A stretch of DNA of 64,000 nucleotides, taken from assembly GCA_965603825.1 (NCBI GenBank), contig CBFDEM010000051.1:434001-498000 (forward strand), read 5' to 3'. The stretch is from Blepharisma stoltei ATCC 30299. Its lineage: Eukaryota; Protista; Ciliophora. The stretch's first letter is position 1; each line of letters opens with the position of its first letter. The notes below the pieces were generated by a model that did no database searches, had not been told where the DNA came from, and saw nothing but the letters and a program-made list of their open reading frames with translations. Both the position numbers and the translations under genes were made by a program. Positions 1 through 11,370 of this stretch are shown one piece after another.

Positions 1-459
1 GTTTAGTAAAAGCAAAAGATGATGATTAAAACCATTTACTCGCTGGTCGTATTTGTACAATGTATCGATTAATTGATAAAGAACTTCTTTTTTTCCAGTA
101 ACTTCTTTGTATTCATTATTAAAAGTATTGACTGCGTAGCTACTTCAGTCTAATGACAAAACTGTGGATAAAACAAAAAATAGAGCAGCACCTTTCATTT
201 TTGCAGTTTTAATTACAAGCTGTATTTCAAAGTAGCACCTTTAAAGTAATAAGCTTAAGCGGAGCAGTAATCAAACAAATAGATTTTAGAAAAATAGCCT
301 ATGAAAAATCTCTATGAAAATCAGAATTATTTATTATACCTTTGATATGGATATTTACAGATCTTGCAAATCATTTATGGAATGATAATATTTTCAAATT
401 AAATACTTTATTAAAAAATAAAAGCACTAAAATTTTTTTTCATATATTAACGCTGAAAT

Positions 460-2485
460 ATGGATAATCAAGAGGAGTTTCTTAAAGTTGCTGTAAGGGT
501 TAGACCATTTCTCACTAGCAATAATCCTCAACGCCAAATAATTAGGATTGAAAATGTAAATTTTACCTCAGGAGAATACAATTCATATCGATGATAGTGA
601 GCACACAATCACAAGCCAATACACAAAAGTATTTTCTCCGGATTCTTCACAGGAAGATGTTTTTACCTTTGTATCCCCTTCAATTTTACAAACCTTAGAA
701 GGCTACAATACTACTATATTTGCATACGGTCAAACAGGATCTGGGAAAACACACACTATCTTCGGCACAGGCTGGGAAGACTATAATTATGAAGAAAAAC
801 TTCCGGGCGTGCTAAACCAAGGAATAATTCCACGAGCTATCACAAATCTTTTTTATAACGCAAAGGAAGACATCTTTTTTAATATGAATTTATTTCAAAT
901 CTATAACGAGCACCTTTATGATCTTTTATTGGATCCTGCTCGCGCGAAACCCTTAAGAATAAGAGAAAATAAAAATGAAATCTTTATCGAAGGGCTTAAT
1001 GAAAGAGCCGTAAAATCAATTGAAGATTGCATTTCATTGCTGTCAGAAGGTGTAAAAAATAGGGCAGTTAGGCAGACTAAGCTGAATAATCAAAGCAGCA
1101 GGTCTCATTCAATTTTCCAGTTTTATGTAAATTCCTCGAAAGGAAATTTCAAAAAAAGTAAATTAAGTCTTTGTGATTTGGCTGGGTGCGAAAGATATGA
1201 TAGGGAGTATGATATGAATAGCCCACAGGTAAAAGAATTGAAAAATATCAATAAGTCTTTGAGCACTCTAGGAATGGTTATACATGCCTTAGCAAATGGT
1301 AAAAGAGAGCATGTGCCGTATAGAGATTCTAAATTGACTAGACTTCTTCAAGATTCTCTAGGTGGAAATACAAAAACCATCCTTATCGCAACTGTTTCAC
1401 CTCAAGCAGAACATGTAGACACAACGATAAACACACTAATATTTGCTGACAGAGCTAAAGAAATTATGACAAGAGCTAAACGAAATGAGCCCGATACACA
1501 AAATTCAAATGAGATTATTTTGAATCTTCAAGAAGAGATTAAACAATTGAAAAGTCTTTTAAGTGCTGTAAGGCTTAGTGAAAATGCATTAGAGCTTAAT
1601 CAAAGAATAATTGAGCTCGAACAAGAAAATGAATATTTAAGAAGGAAAGCAGAAATAAAAGACGCCGAAACAACGAAAAAATCTGAAAGTAGTGAAGAAG
1701 ACTACACATCAGGATCAAAATCTCCTGCTGTTGAAAACGAATTCCTCACAATCCCTAAACCTAACCAGTCAAAATCCCAAAAAGTTTCTCCAGAAATTTC
1801 TGACCAAGAAAACCCTAACTATTCTCCTTCAAAATCCAACAAAAACACAAGACGCATTATTTTTGTAGAAGATGCTGACTTACGTAACAAATGCCAGTCA
1901 GAGTCTCCGTACCCTCATACAGTCAGCAATAAGAATTTTTCGACTTATATTTCTTCATTTCCAGCTGACATAACTCCTTTAGGAAGAACAAGTGTACTAG
2001 CAAAATCGACAAAAAACATTAGATCATTCAAAGACTTGATTTCTGAAAAGTATTCGGGGCAAGATGAAGAAATCAAGAACGTTGGAGAAAAAATAAGAAA
2101 TGCCCACCATAGACTCACATGGCTAGATGAGCTCGATACTGAAAGAAAAATGAAATTCAAGCTAGAGCTTGACAGAGTTGCTTATGAAAAAAGAAAAGAA
2201 CAAGATGAGCTGAGATTAATTGAAGCTGAAAAAGAAAGGAAAAGGCAAATCAGGAGAGAAAAAAGGATCAGGGAGATGGAAAAACTCAAGAAATATGAAT
2301 ATGCCAAAAAGAAAGAAGAGCTAGCACGATTGGAATCGATCATTAAAATTGAAGAGCTGAATAAAAAGAATGAGGAAAAGCGAAAAGAAAAATTGCTGGA
2401 GGAGAAAAAGAAGCTAGCTGAGTTCATTCAATCCAAAAAGCCAGCGAAACAAGAGAAAGGCTACATCACTGGGACTTGATATTAA
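460..2485 (+). CDS. Kinesin motor protein (N-terminal motor, coiled-coil tail)
   Basis: ATG 460 gives KVAVRVRP. Removing the 16-nt intron 556-571 joins it to the P-loop GQTGSGKT, then SSRSH, DLAGCER and HVPYRDSKLTRLLQDSLGG. TGA 2477 read as Trp, stop TAA 2483-2485. Confidence 0.93.
556..571 (+). other. 16-nt spliceosomal intron
   Basis: gtaaattttacctcag; removal restores the kinesin frame. Confidence 0.9.
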
Positions 2486-2509
2486 TTGATTAATATAATT
2501 TAAATATAA

Positions 2510-4138
2510 ATGGGAGTCTGCTGTCCAAGCGAACATCAATTTCGATTGCCTATCAATGCGCCGATTATATTCAAGTCTGACATCATGGATGGGAATTTCA
2601 TCATTTTTGACAGTATTTTCTAATCAGATATAAGAAACCATTATGAATTTATAAAAGTTATTGGTCATGGTAAATTTGGCACTGTAAGAGAAGCTGTAAA
2701 ATTAAATACGATCAAAAAAGAAAGCTTGTCAAGGCAAAACACGCTATTAGGATCGCGAAGGTTTCTAGATGGAAAGAAATTTGCTGTAAAATCGATCACT
2801 AAAAAGAAGCTAGGGAAAGATTTAGCAATGCTAAGGAGAGAGCTAGAAATTTTAAGACAAGTTGACCATCCAAATATAATTAAAGTCTATGAAATTTATG
2901 AAGACCAAATGTATTTGCATATAGTGACTGAATTGTGCACAGGCGGGGACTTATTTGAGTATATTATAAAACAAGACTATATCAGTGAAGAAGAAGCAAG
3001 AATCATTATGAAGAAGTTGCTTTCGGCAGTAAATTATTTGCATGCGCTAAATATTTGCCATAGAGACTTGAAGCCTGAAAACTTTTTATTTTCTTCACAA
3101 GATGAAGATGCGGAGCTGAAAATTTTGGATTTTGGAGTCAGCCTTTTTGTGGAGCCAGGAGAGCAAATGAAAACAATGGTAGGCACTCTGAGTTATGTAG
3201 CTCCTGAAGTTTTATCTGGACAGTATGGTAGAGAATGCGACATTTGGTCGCTTGGTGTGATTCTCTATCAGCTCCTAACTGGGAGAAATCCGTTTGCGAG
3301 CGAATCCAAAGATTTTACTTTGAGAAAAGTGATGAAAGGAGAAGTGAACTTAAACAACGACGAATGAATTTATGTCTCACCTCAATCAAGACATTTAGTT
3401 GCTGGAATGCTTCAAAAAAATCCAATTTTAAGAATTGACGCAGCTACAGCTTTACAGCACGAGTGATTTCACATGGAATGCGATTCAACTCAAAGCAACG
3501 CCGTTTCAAGAGATGTACTTGTAAGAATCAGAAAGCAGCAAAACCACAGTAAATTATGAATTGAAGGAATGAAAGCTATCCTCAGATATCTTTCAGCAGA
3601 TAAAATAAGAGAGCTAAAAACAGCTTTTGTTGCCTTAGATGCAGCTGGCACTGGGTATATTACATACGCGAAATTAGAAGAAGCGATGAATAAATGCGGA
3701 ATGGAGATCAGAAATGAAGAAATTACATCAATTTTTCATAAGTATGGAAAAGAAGCAGGGAAAATAAATTATACAAGTTTTCTGATCGCCACGCTCGATA
3801 GAAAGTACTTAATGAATGAAGAACTAATGTGGGATGCTTATAGAGATTTTGATCCAGAAAATAAAGGAGTAATCTATCTGGATACTCTTAAGCAAGCATT
3901 GATGAAGTTTGGGTGTGAATTTACAGAAGAAGAATTTTCTAGCTTGCTTGCAGAAATCAAATTTGATTCAGCAAAAGGCTTTTCATTTGAAGATTTCAAG
4001 AAAATAATGCAGAGTAATTATTACTTAGATTTCGAAGAAGATAATTTAACTCCGAGAGTAGGAGTAGACACTCCTGTAAGGAGGTTAAGCCATCGGTCGT
4101 CAATCGAGTCATGTGCCTCAAGAGTTTCGATAAATTAA
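2510..4138 (+). CDS. Calcium-dependent protein kinase (CDPK)-like, N-terminal MGVCC acylation motif, degenerate EF hands
   Basis: GHGKFG loop after intron 2613-2627, AVK, HRDLKPEN, DFG, APE. TGA=Trp at 3365, 3464 (HEWF) and 3557. C-terminal calmodulin-like domain. Confidence 0.92.
2613..2627 (+). other. 15-nt intron
   Basis: gtattttctaatcag; contains an in-frame TAA if retained. Confidence 0.9.
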
Positions 4139-4156
4139 GAATTTTATATTTTAATT

Positions 4157-6809
4157 ATGAAATCAGATATATTTGAGCATCCGAAATCTTATCTTCTACA
4201 TAGTTCTGCTAGCCTATCAGAAATAAGTATCTTTTTCAAACGATTTAAACGTATTCATGAGGAGATGGGCTTGCTTATAAGTGATTACGCAGATGATTTT
4301 GAGACTAGTGACAAAGCAAATACCTTGTCTGCTTTCATAACAAATATTGCAAAAATTACAAAAGACGTTTCCAATGAGTATTTTAAGTTCGCTGAGTAAA
4401 AATTATATAGAAATTTGGAATCACAAATTGCTGAAGCTCTTGAAAGTTATAAAGACAGCTATATACATAATTTCACACAATCCTTAGAGAAAACGAGGAA
4501 AGCTTTGCGAAAGCTTGGTAAGGCTAGGGAAAATCTAAATACACATAGAAATGAATATTTCAAAGCAATGGTAAAAGCTGAAAAAGCTGAATTCATGCAA
4601 AATTTAGAAGATGACACTGAAAGGATTGAATTAGCAACAAGAAACACAACTGAAATGAAATTGTGTGCTGAAAAAGCATCTGAAAAATATTTTGGCTCAC
4701 TGGCAGAGGAAAAGAAATTATGGAATGAATATGAAAATTCGAGGAAATTATTGATCTTGTCTCTTCACGAGAGTGAAGAAGGAAGGGTTGTCTTTGTGAA
4801 AAAGAGCTTAGAAAAAATGGTAAAATTGGAGAAAAAGCTTTATCACAATTTGCTAGAAAATGTCTCTAAGGCAAATAAATTAGTTTCAGAAATTAACCCT
4901 GCACAAGATGCAAAAGAATTTGAGATAAATTATTTAGGAGGAATTAATCCTATTGAAAAAGAAGGCTGGATCACTTATGAAGCATGAAGAATTAGTATGA
5001 AAGAGCTAGGGCAAGATCCATTTGGCAATGAAGAAGAATATATTAGCTCAGATATACCTTATACCCCTATGCATAATACAACATATGTAATAAAGTCAAC
5101 CTTATTTTCATTAATTCCAAAAAAGCGAAAGATTTCAATGGACAGCATGCTTTCTGAGCAAAGCTCCTTTTCTGACAATGAAGAAGGGCTTGATTCCAAT
5201 AGTGGCTATCAAAAATGCATAGAGCTGCTTCAAATTGATGAAGGAAAAGAAATCTTTTTTGATGTTCTTGAATCAGTAAGACATTGCTCAATGATGGACG
5301 ACATAGGTCTACAAAAGTTAGGAGAATTATTTTTCACAGTCATGGACTCATTAGAAAAAGATTTTAATGATACTTACTTTTATAAAATTGTGATGTATTC
5401 CCATCTTTTTTATGCCATCACACAATCGAAAAAATTCCTATATGAAATTATTTCTAGCCATTCTATATTTAAAAATCAAAATAATTGGATTCAGACGATA
5501 GATGAAGTGGTTAATAAAAAAATCATAATGGAAAATGAGCAGTTTCATAGAACTAAAAAGAAGATCTTGCAATCAGGGAATAAATCATTGCTAAATGGAT
5601 TTGATAAGTTTTCTTTGGAAAAAGCAGAAAAAAATTCATCTCTTATGACTTTAGGCCAATTTATATTTTATATGTCAAACATATGCAGCTCTATCGATCT
5701 TCCCAAAGCTGTGGTATTGGAATACTCAAAAAAGTCAAATCTGGAGTCAGATAAAATATTGCATTTAATAAGGGAACTATATTCAGCCCAATCTCAAATA
5801 GTAATTTCTCCTAGAGAGATCTCGAAGTCTTTAAAAAAACGCTCCCAAGAAAGAGCCCAATGGGGCTTTTTTTTACATTTTGGACTTTGTCTTCAGTTTT
5901 TGTGTAGAAAAGATGTGCTATCTTTATTGTTTGTCTGCAAGTCATGAAATTCCATTATGGTTCCGTATTTCCAAAAATTCAGCCTATTAAAAAGCCCGAA
6001 TTTTAAAATAAGAAAAACAGTATGGGCTTCTATACTAAGGCCAACAGAGAAAGCTAACTATAATGAAATTTTAGAGCAATTGAAGGCAAATAAATCTTCA
6101 ATAAAAGACGTCGAAAACATTATTTCCATGGACATTTTGAGATCGTATTCGAATAACCCAATGGTAGACTCTGAAAGTCTGAAAAATATATTGCAAGCTT
6201 ATTCTTTCTATAGAACTGACGTTGGTTACTGTCAAGGAATGAACTATATTGCAGGCACTTTATATTTGGTCAATAATGACGAAAGTTTCTGCTTTTGGGG
6301 CATGAGCGAACTAATCAGAAAATTTAAAATGGAGAATCTTTATGCAACTGACCTTTCGAAATTGAAATATCTTTTTTATGTGCTTGACAGGCTAATAGCG
6401 TTGTTCTTGCCTAATGTTCATAAAATTCTCAATACTGAGATGATGACATCAGCACATTTCGCATCCCCTTGGTTTTTAACTTTATTTGCTGGTTTGCTTA
6501 ACCAAAACCAGAAACATGACATCCTTTTTAAACTATGGGACCATTTTTTATACGTAATTTGCTACTTAGTACGGCTGAAAAATTATGTTTAAAGCTTCTT
6601 TAGTTATTTTAAAAAAGCTTGAAACTAATATAATTAGCCAAAGATTTGAAGAAATTATGTCTCTTCTGACATCATTGCATGGCTCGTTTTGCTCAATACA
6701 AATTTTTGATGACTCTTTCATAACTGAAGTGCTTAGCATGAAAGTTACAAACAGAATTCTTAGACAAATTCATAGTGAGTATGAGAGCTTAGAAAAAATT
6801 TATAAATAA
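4157..6809 (+). CDS. Rab-GAP TBC-domain protein with N-terminal helical (F-BAR-like) region
   Basis: Five ORF fragments are joined by introns 4396-4410 and 6554-6569 and TGA=Trp at 4985, 5945 and 6576. TBC motifs ISMDILRS, GYCQGMNYI, PWFLTLF, LWD..YGWKIMFK. Confidence 0.88.
4396..4410 (+). other. 15-nt intron
   Basis: gtaaaaattatatag; removes an in-frame TAA. Confidence 0.9.
6554..6569 (+). other. 16-nt intron
   Basis: gtaatttgctacttag; removal restores the TBC C-terminal motif GWKIMFKASL. Confidence 0.88.
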
Positions 6810-6882
6810 TAATATTCTAGCTACCTTCTTCATTTTTGGTGATGTCATTCAATTTATCAAATTTGGTGACGTATATAATATA

Positions 6883-7929
6883 ATGTCTACTATGAAAGCA
6901 ATAGTTCTTGAAGATCTCAACCAATTTTCACTAAAAGAAGTCCCGATTCCACGTCCTAAGCAAGGAGAAGTTCTTATTCGTATGGAAGCAGCTCCAATCA
7001 ACCCATCAGACATTGTCTCTTTAAAAGGGCAATATGGGATTAAAAAGCAACTTCCATTTATCCCAGGACTTGAAGGCTCAGGAACAGTCGTTGAAAGCGG
7101 TGGAGGGTTACTAGGCTGGAGTTTGGTTGGAAAACGAGTTGCATGCTATTGCGATAAAGGAAACGGAACTTGGGCAGAATATGTAGTTGCATCAGCTAAA
7201 AATTGTGTCAAATTAACAGCTGAAATTTCTACCGAACAAGGAGCTTGCTTTTTCGCTAACCCAATCACAGCGATTTGCTTTATGGATATCATAAAAGAGC
7301 AAAGACATCAAGCCGTCATACAAACAGCTGCAGCTTCTGCTATTGGAAAAATGCTCCTCAGGTACTGCATGCATGAAAATATCCCAATTGTGAACATCGT
7401 AAGAAGACAGGAGCAAGTCGAAATGTTAAGGGAGATCGGGGCCCCATATATTCTAAACTCTTCTGATGAAAACTTCCAGCAGGAACTAAGAAAATTATCA
7501 GTAAATCTAAATGCAACTGTAGCTTTTGACTGTGTTGCTGGAGAAATGACAGGGACTTTAATTAATGCAATGTGTGAAAACTCGGTTGTTTACGTTTATG
7601 GAAGCTTGAGTAGACAAAATATTGGAGGTATTGACCCTTCTGCTTTGATTTTTAGTAATAAAAGAGTTGAAGGGCTCTGGTTACAGAGGATAATGAAGGA
7701 AAAAGGGAGCATTTCAAAGTGGAATATTGCTAATAGAGTGCTAAATTTACTCCCTCAAGTGTTGAAGACTGACATTTCAAAGGAGTTCGAGCTGGGAAGT
7801 CTTAACGATGCATTGGAATTTTACAAGAAAAATATGAGCAGTGGAAAAGTGCTTTTAAAGCCAAAACTCATTCCAAGCAACAATCATGTTGAGGGGGAAG
7901 GGGGAATCTTAAGATTACAAATAAAATAG
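6883..7929 (+). CDS. MDR-family NADPH oxidoreductase (quinone reductase / enoyl-thioester reductase-like)
   Basis: AAPINPSD, GLEGSG, GTWAEY, NPITA, AAASAIG motifs. Confidence 0.9.
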   Translation: MSTMKAIVLEDLNQFSLKEVPIPRPKQGEVLIRMEAAPINPSDIVSLKGQYGIKKQLPFIPGLEGSGTVVESGGGLLGWSLVGKRVACYCDKGNGTWAEYVVASAKNCVKLTAEISTEQGACFFANPITAICFMDIIKEQRHQAVIQTAAASAIGKMLLRYCMHENIPIVNIVRRQEQVEMLREIGAPYILNSSDENFQQELRKLSVNLNATVAFDCVAGEMTGTLINAMCENSVVYVYGSLSRQNIGGIDPSALIFSNKRVEGLWLQRIMKEKGSISKWNIANRVLNLLPQVLKTDISKEFELGSLNDALEFYKKNMSSGKVLLKPKLIPSNNHVEGEGGILRLQIK

Positions 7930-7968
7930 CTTAGAATTAAAGCCATTTCAAAAATAAGGTTCAATAAT

Positions 7969-8205
7969 TTAGTTTATTTTATCCATCCAATCCTTGCTTC
8001 CATCTATATATCTATCATTTTCCACTCTTGTATACAACCCATTATTCCTCCACATTCCAGAGTCCAGCAAATGTCTGGTGAATTTTCCATCAATACCATT
8101 CTTACTCCTTTCACCAATTTCGACTGCTCTCAATCCTACTTGCTGTGCCGAAGTTTTATAGAATAACTGCTTCGCCTTTTTTTGAAATTCCTCTTCAGAT
8201 TCCAT
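7969..8205 (-). CDS. PIERCE1: PIERCE1/2 (FAP182)-like ciliary microtubule inner protein
   Basis: FYKTSAQQVG...KFTRHLLDSGMWRNNGLYT resembles the PIERCE pattern YRTSNQxYG...KFSQQLAAGGMFRNNTLN (recalled, not searched). Confidence 0.7.
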   Translation of the reverse strand: MESEEEFQKKAKQLFYKTSAQQVGLRAVEIGERSKNGIDGKFTRHLLDSGMWRNNGLYTRVENDRYIDGSKDWMDKIN

Positions 8206-8245
8206 TTATTAATTATATGTCTATTCTCAATTCTAAATAAAATTG

Positions 8246-8494
8246 TTAAGAAACTTCTGGAACTGGATTCTTTTTGGCGCGTTTTCCCCGCTTTCCAGTG
8301 CCTCTAGGCTGCCTCGGAGCTCTGGGCTGAGCAATTCCATCTCTTATTTTAGGAGGGCGGCCTCTTCTTTGCGGTGTTGAAGGTACATCTTTGCTTTCTT
8401 CCTCTTTAAATAGGTAAGAAGCATGATATTCTGGGGAAGGCTCTTGCATTGTTTCAATATTCTGTAATGAATCTAAGAGAGGATTTCTTTTCAT
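8246..8494 (-). CDS. Small basic protein with an AT-hook motif
   Basis: 82-aa ATG-to-TAA ORF between AT-rich spacers; RRGRPPK and a basic tail. Confidence 0.65.
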   Translation of the reverse strand: MKRNPLLDSLQNIETMQEPSPEYHASYLFKEEESKDVPSTPQRRGRPPKIRDGIAQPRAPRQPRGTGKRGKRAKKNPVPEVS

Positions 8495-8721
8495 TATATT
8501 TATTATTTATTATATTTTGCAATAGAATCAAGAGAAAGATGCAAATTGAATTTCTCAAAAGTTCTTATAAATATATAAAGATATTTCCTGAATCATAAAT
8601 ATACAGACGCTGAATTGAATTTGTTTGAAAATATTGATACTTTTGTAATAAAAAAAGCTTAAAAAGCTGCTTTTTCTGTTTTAATTGCTTTTTTGTGTTA
8701 AAAATAATAAGAATAAATTAG

Positions 8722-9513
8722 ATGGTGCTTTTAGCTCACATATTGAATGCAGGCTTATCGAATAGCCTATCTGAGCTAGTTATTTTTCAAGAAGATTCAC
8801 GATTTACTGGAATTGCAAAGCTGCTATGGGCAAACTCAGTAAAAGAAATTACCAAAAAATCTCAAGCAATAGTTCTTATTACAGATATCTCAAGTTTAAG
8901 ATTTATTGATTATCTAGATTTACCAGTACAAGAGGCCTCCGACCCTATCAGTAGTTCTTGCATCATTAATCTTATACCAAACATAAACAAAAAATTCAAA
9001 ATTGATCCAGAAATCTTTTCAAATGACTCCATCATTTGCATTGATAACCTAGAGCAAGCTGGGCATTGGATTGGTGAGCCATCGCTTTTGAAAACAATTG
9101 ACAAAAGAATTAAACTGCGTAAATCTATTTATGCAGTTGTAAACACAAATTATTTGGACAAAAAATTGGATAGTTCTTATCTATCAAAATCTGCGATTTT
9201 GGTACAAGTGAAAAAATATTCACGTGGAAGTGGAGTCTGCGAGTGTTTTCATTCAAGAAGTAACTTTAAATTCACTAAAGAAACATGCGGATTTACACTC
9301 TCAGGAGCTCACGTAACTCCAAAACGGATCGCTGAGTCCGCAAGCAAAGCAGCCGCTCCTAAAACAACCTTTAGGCTTGACACTTCTGAAGAAGAAAAGA
9401 AAATGAGAGAAATCACTCCGCTGCCGTATGAGAGAAAGGATAGATTAATAACAGTTGAGCCTGAAGATTATATTGAGTCAGATGAAGAAGGAGATGAAGA
9501 TGAAACCTTTTAG
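8722..9513 (+). CDS. ELP5: Elongator complex subunit 5
   Basis: C-terminal TTFRLDTSEEEKKMREITPLPY and acidic EPEDYIESDEEGDEDETF end, typical of Elp5. Confidence 0.8.
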   Translation: MVLLAHILNAGLSNSLSELVIFQEDSRFTGIAKLLWANSVKEITKKSQAIVLITDISSLRFIDYLDLPVQEASDPISSSCIINLIPNINKKFKIDPEIFSNDSIICIDNLEQAGHWIGEPSLLKTIDKRIKLRKSIYAVVNTNYLDKKLDSSYLSKSAILVQVKKYSRGSGVCECFHSRSNFKFTKETCGFTLSGAHVTPKRIAESASKAAAPKTTFRLDTSEEEKKMREITPLPYERKDRLITVEPEDYIESDEEGDEDETF

Positions 9514-9849
9514 AGCTGTCTAAAAAATTTAATTACTTGCTCCATTCTCATTTTTTGGTCTTAATTAATAAGGTTTTTAAAGATTCCTGATTATATATTT
9601 GATAGCAGATTATCTTTCCTAAATTTGACTGGATAATCTAATCCATCATTAGCTGAAATAATTGCCATCGATTTTTTGTGAGATGTCCCCATCCACTTCT
9701 CGCAGAAACCTTAAAATTTCTAGACTGCTTCTTATAAGTAAGTCATCTAAAACTAAGCATGTTTCACTTGGCCCTCTCCAGCAGCGGCCCTAAGATAATT
9801 CCCAATTAATCTTATATGACACTAATAAAGCTAGTCAAATATCCATAAA

Positions 9850-11370
9850 ATGGATGGGAACAAAACAGGAAAGTATATACCACCACACAAACGAGCACAG
9901 CTCGCCAACGCATCGCCATCAGATCCTCCAGTAGCATCGAAATTTGAAAAATTCTTACAAAACAGAAATGAATACGCCTCTATAAAAGCAGAGAGTAACT
10001 GGGGTCGAAGAGACAGACGTAATGGATTTCTCGACGGCGAAGATCTCAAGCAAGCAGAGCAGCTTTTCCAGCAAGAAAAGCATGAAGGCATTGACTTTGA
10101 ATCTTACGAAGACATGCCAGTGGAAATAAGCGAATCTTCTTACTCAATGTCAAATTTTTCTGATTGTCAAGTTCATCCCACGCTGCTTGCAAATGTTCGG
10201 AAAATGGGCTACGAAAACCCAACACCAGTACAAAAATATGCAATTCCTTGTTTATTCGCAAGGAGAGATTTGATGGTCTGCGCACAGACTGGATCAGGAA
10301 AGACAGCTTCATATTTATTCCCGATGGTTGCGAAAATGTTGAACGATGGACCACCAGAGCAGAGCATGGGAAGAGGATCTTATCCATTAGGCCTGATTCT
10401 GGCGCCAACTCGTGAGCTATCGATACAAATACATGAAGAAGCCCTCAAGTTTTGCTATAAAACAGGAATTAAAGTTGCTGTTGTATATGGAGGTGCTGAT
10501 CCAAGAAGCCAGTCAAGAGAGCTAGAAAGGGGAGTCGATATTATCGTAGCAACACCAGGAAGACTAATCGATTTCATCAATAGAGGGAAAGTGACTCTTT
10601 CAATAGTTAAGTACGTCGTGCTTGATGAAGCTGATAGGATGCTTGATATGGGTTTTGAACCACAAATAAGAACAATTTTAGAATCCACCACAAATCCAAG
10701 CAGGGAGACCACTATGTGCTCTGCAACTTTTCCTCAACCAGCGCAGGATTTAGCTTCACAGTTTATGAAGGAGTACATATTTTTGTCTATTGGGAAAGTT
10801 GGGTCGACGACAGAGAACATTATACAGACACTTTATAATGTGGAAGAGCATGACAAGAAAGTATTTCTTCATGATAAACTGCAAAGCTTGCAAGGACTGG
10901 TGCTTATTTTTGTGGAAATGAAGAGGACTGCAGACTATTTAGAAGATTATTTGATAGAAAGAGGGTACAGGTGCGGTTCTATTCATGGAGATAAAGACCA
11001 ACCACAGAGAGAAAAAGTTCTTAGAGATTTTAAGTCAGGAAAAGTGCCAATTCTAGTAGCAACTGATGTGGCAGCTAGAGGACTAGACATTCCAAACGTA
11101 ACAAATGTCATTAATTTTGATACTCCAAATGCAATTGAAGATTATGTCCATAGGATTGGCAGAACTGGAAGGGTAGGGAAAGAAGGGCTAGCAATCTCGT
11201 TCATTAATGATAAAAGCAAGCCAATTGTTAAAGACCTCTACAGCTTATTGCTAGAAACTAAACAAAATATCCCTGATTGGTTTGATGAGATGTACCAGAA
11301 AACTGTGATCACCAATCGAAGATTTGACTATGGAAGAAATAGACCATATCGACATAATTGGAATAGATAA
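9850..11370 (+). CDS. DDX3: DEAD-box RNA helicase, Ded1/DDX3 subfamily
   Basis: YIPPH, PTPVQK, AQTGSGKT, PTREL, DEADRMLDMGFEPQIR, SAT, HRIGRTGR. Confidence 0.93.
   Translation: MDGNKTGKYIPPHKRAQLANASPSDPPVASKFEKFLQNRNEYASIKAESNWGRRDRRNGFLDGEDLKQAEQLFQQEKHEGIDFESYEDMPVEISESSYSMSNFSDCQVHPTLLANVRKMGYENPTPVQKYAIPCLFARRDLMVCAQTGSGKTASYLFPMVAKMLNDGPPEQSMGRGSYPLGLILAPTRELSIQIHEEALKFCYKTGIKVAVVYGGADPRSQSRELERGVDIIVATPGRLIDFINRGKVTLSIVKYVVLDEADRMLDMGFEPQIRTILESTTNPSRETTMCSATFPQPAQDLASQFMKEYIFLSIGKVGSTTENIIQTLYNVEEHDKKVFLHDKLQSLQGLVLIFVEMKRTADYLEDYLIERGYRCGSIHGDKDQPQREKVLRDFKSGKVPILVATDVAARGLDIPNVTNVINFDTPNAIEDYVHRIGRTGRVGKEGLAISFINDKSKPIVKDLYSLLLETKQNIPDWFDEMYQKTVITNRRFDYGRNRPYRHNWNR

Noticed and set aside
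1945-2427. Short antisense or alternative-frame ORFs (here and dozens more in the track)
   Set aside because: They are F/S/L-rich shadows of K/E-rich genes on the other strand, often with non-ATG starts.
2726-6809. Fragmented ORFs read as pseudogenes or frameshifts
   Set aside because: Every break is an in-frame TGA at a Trp-compatible site or a consensus 15-16-nt intron; the same holds across the window.
9683-9793. 36-codon ORF upstream of DDX3 (possible uORF), or an RNase MRP-like GTCCCC motif
   Set aside because: An ORF this short is expected by chance, and no complementary GGGGC partner motif was found.
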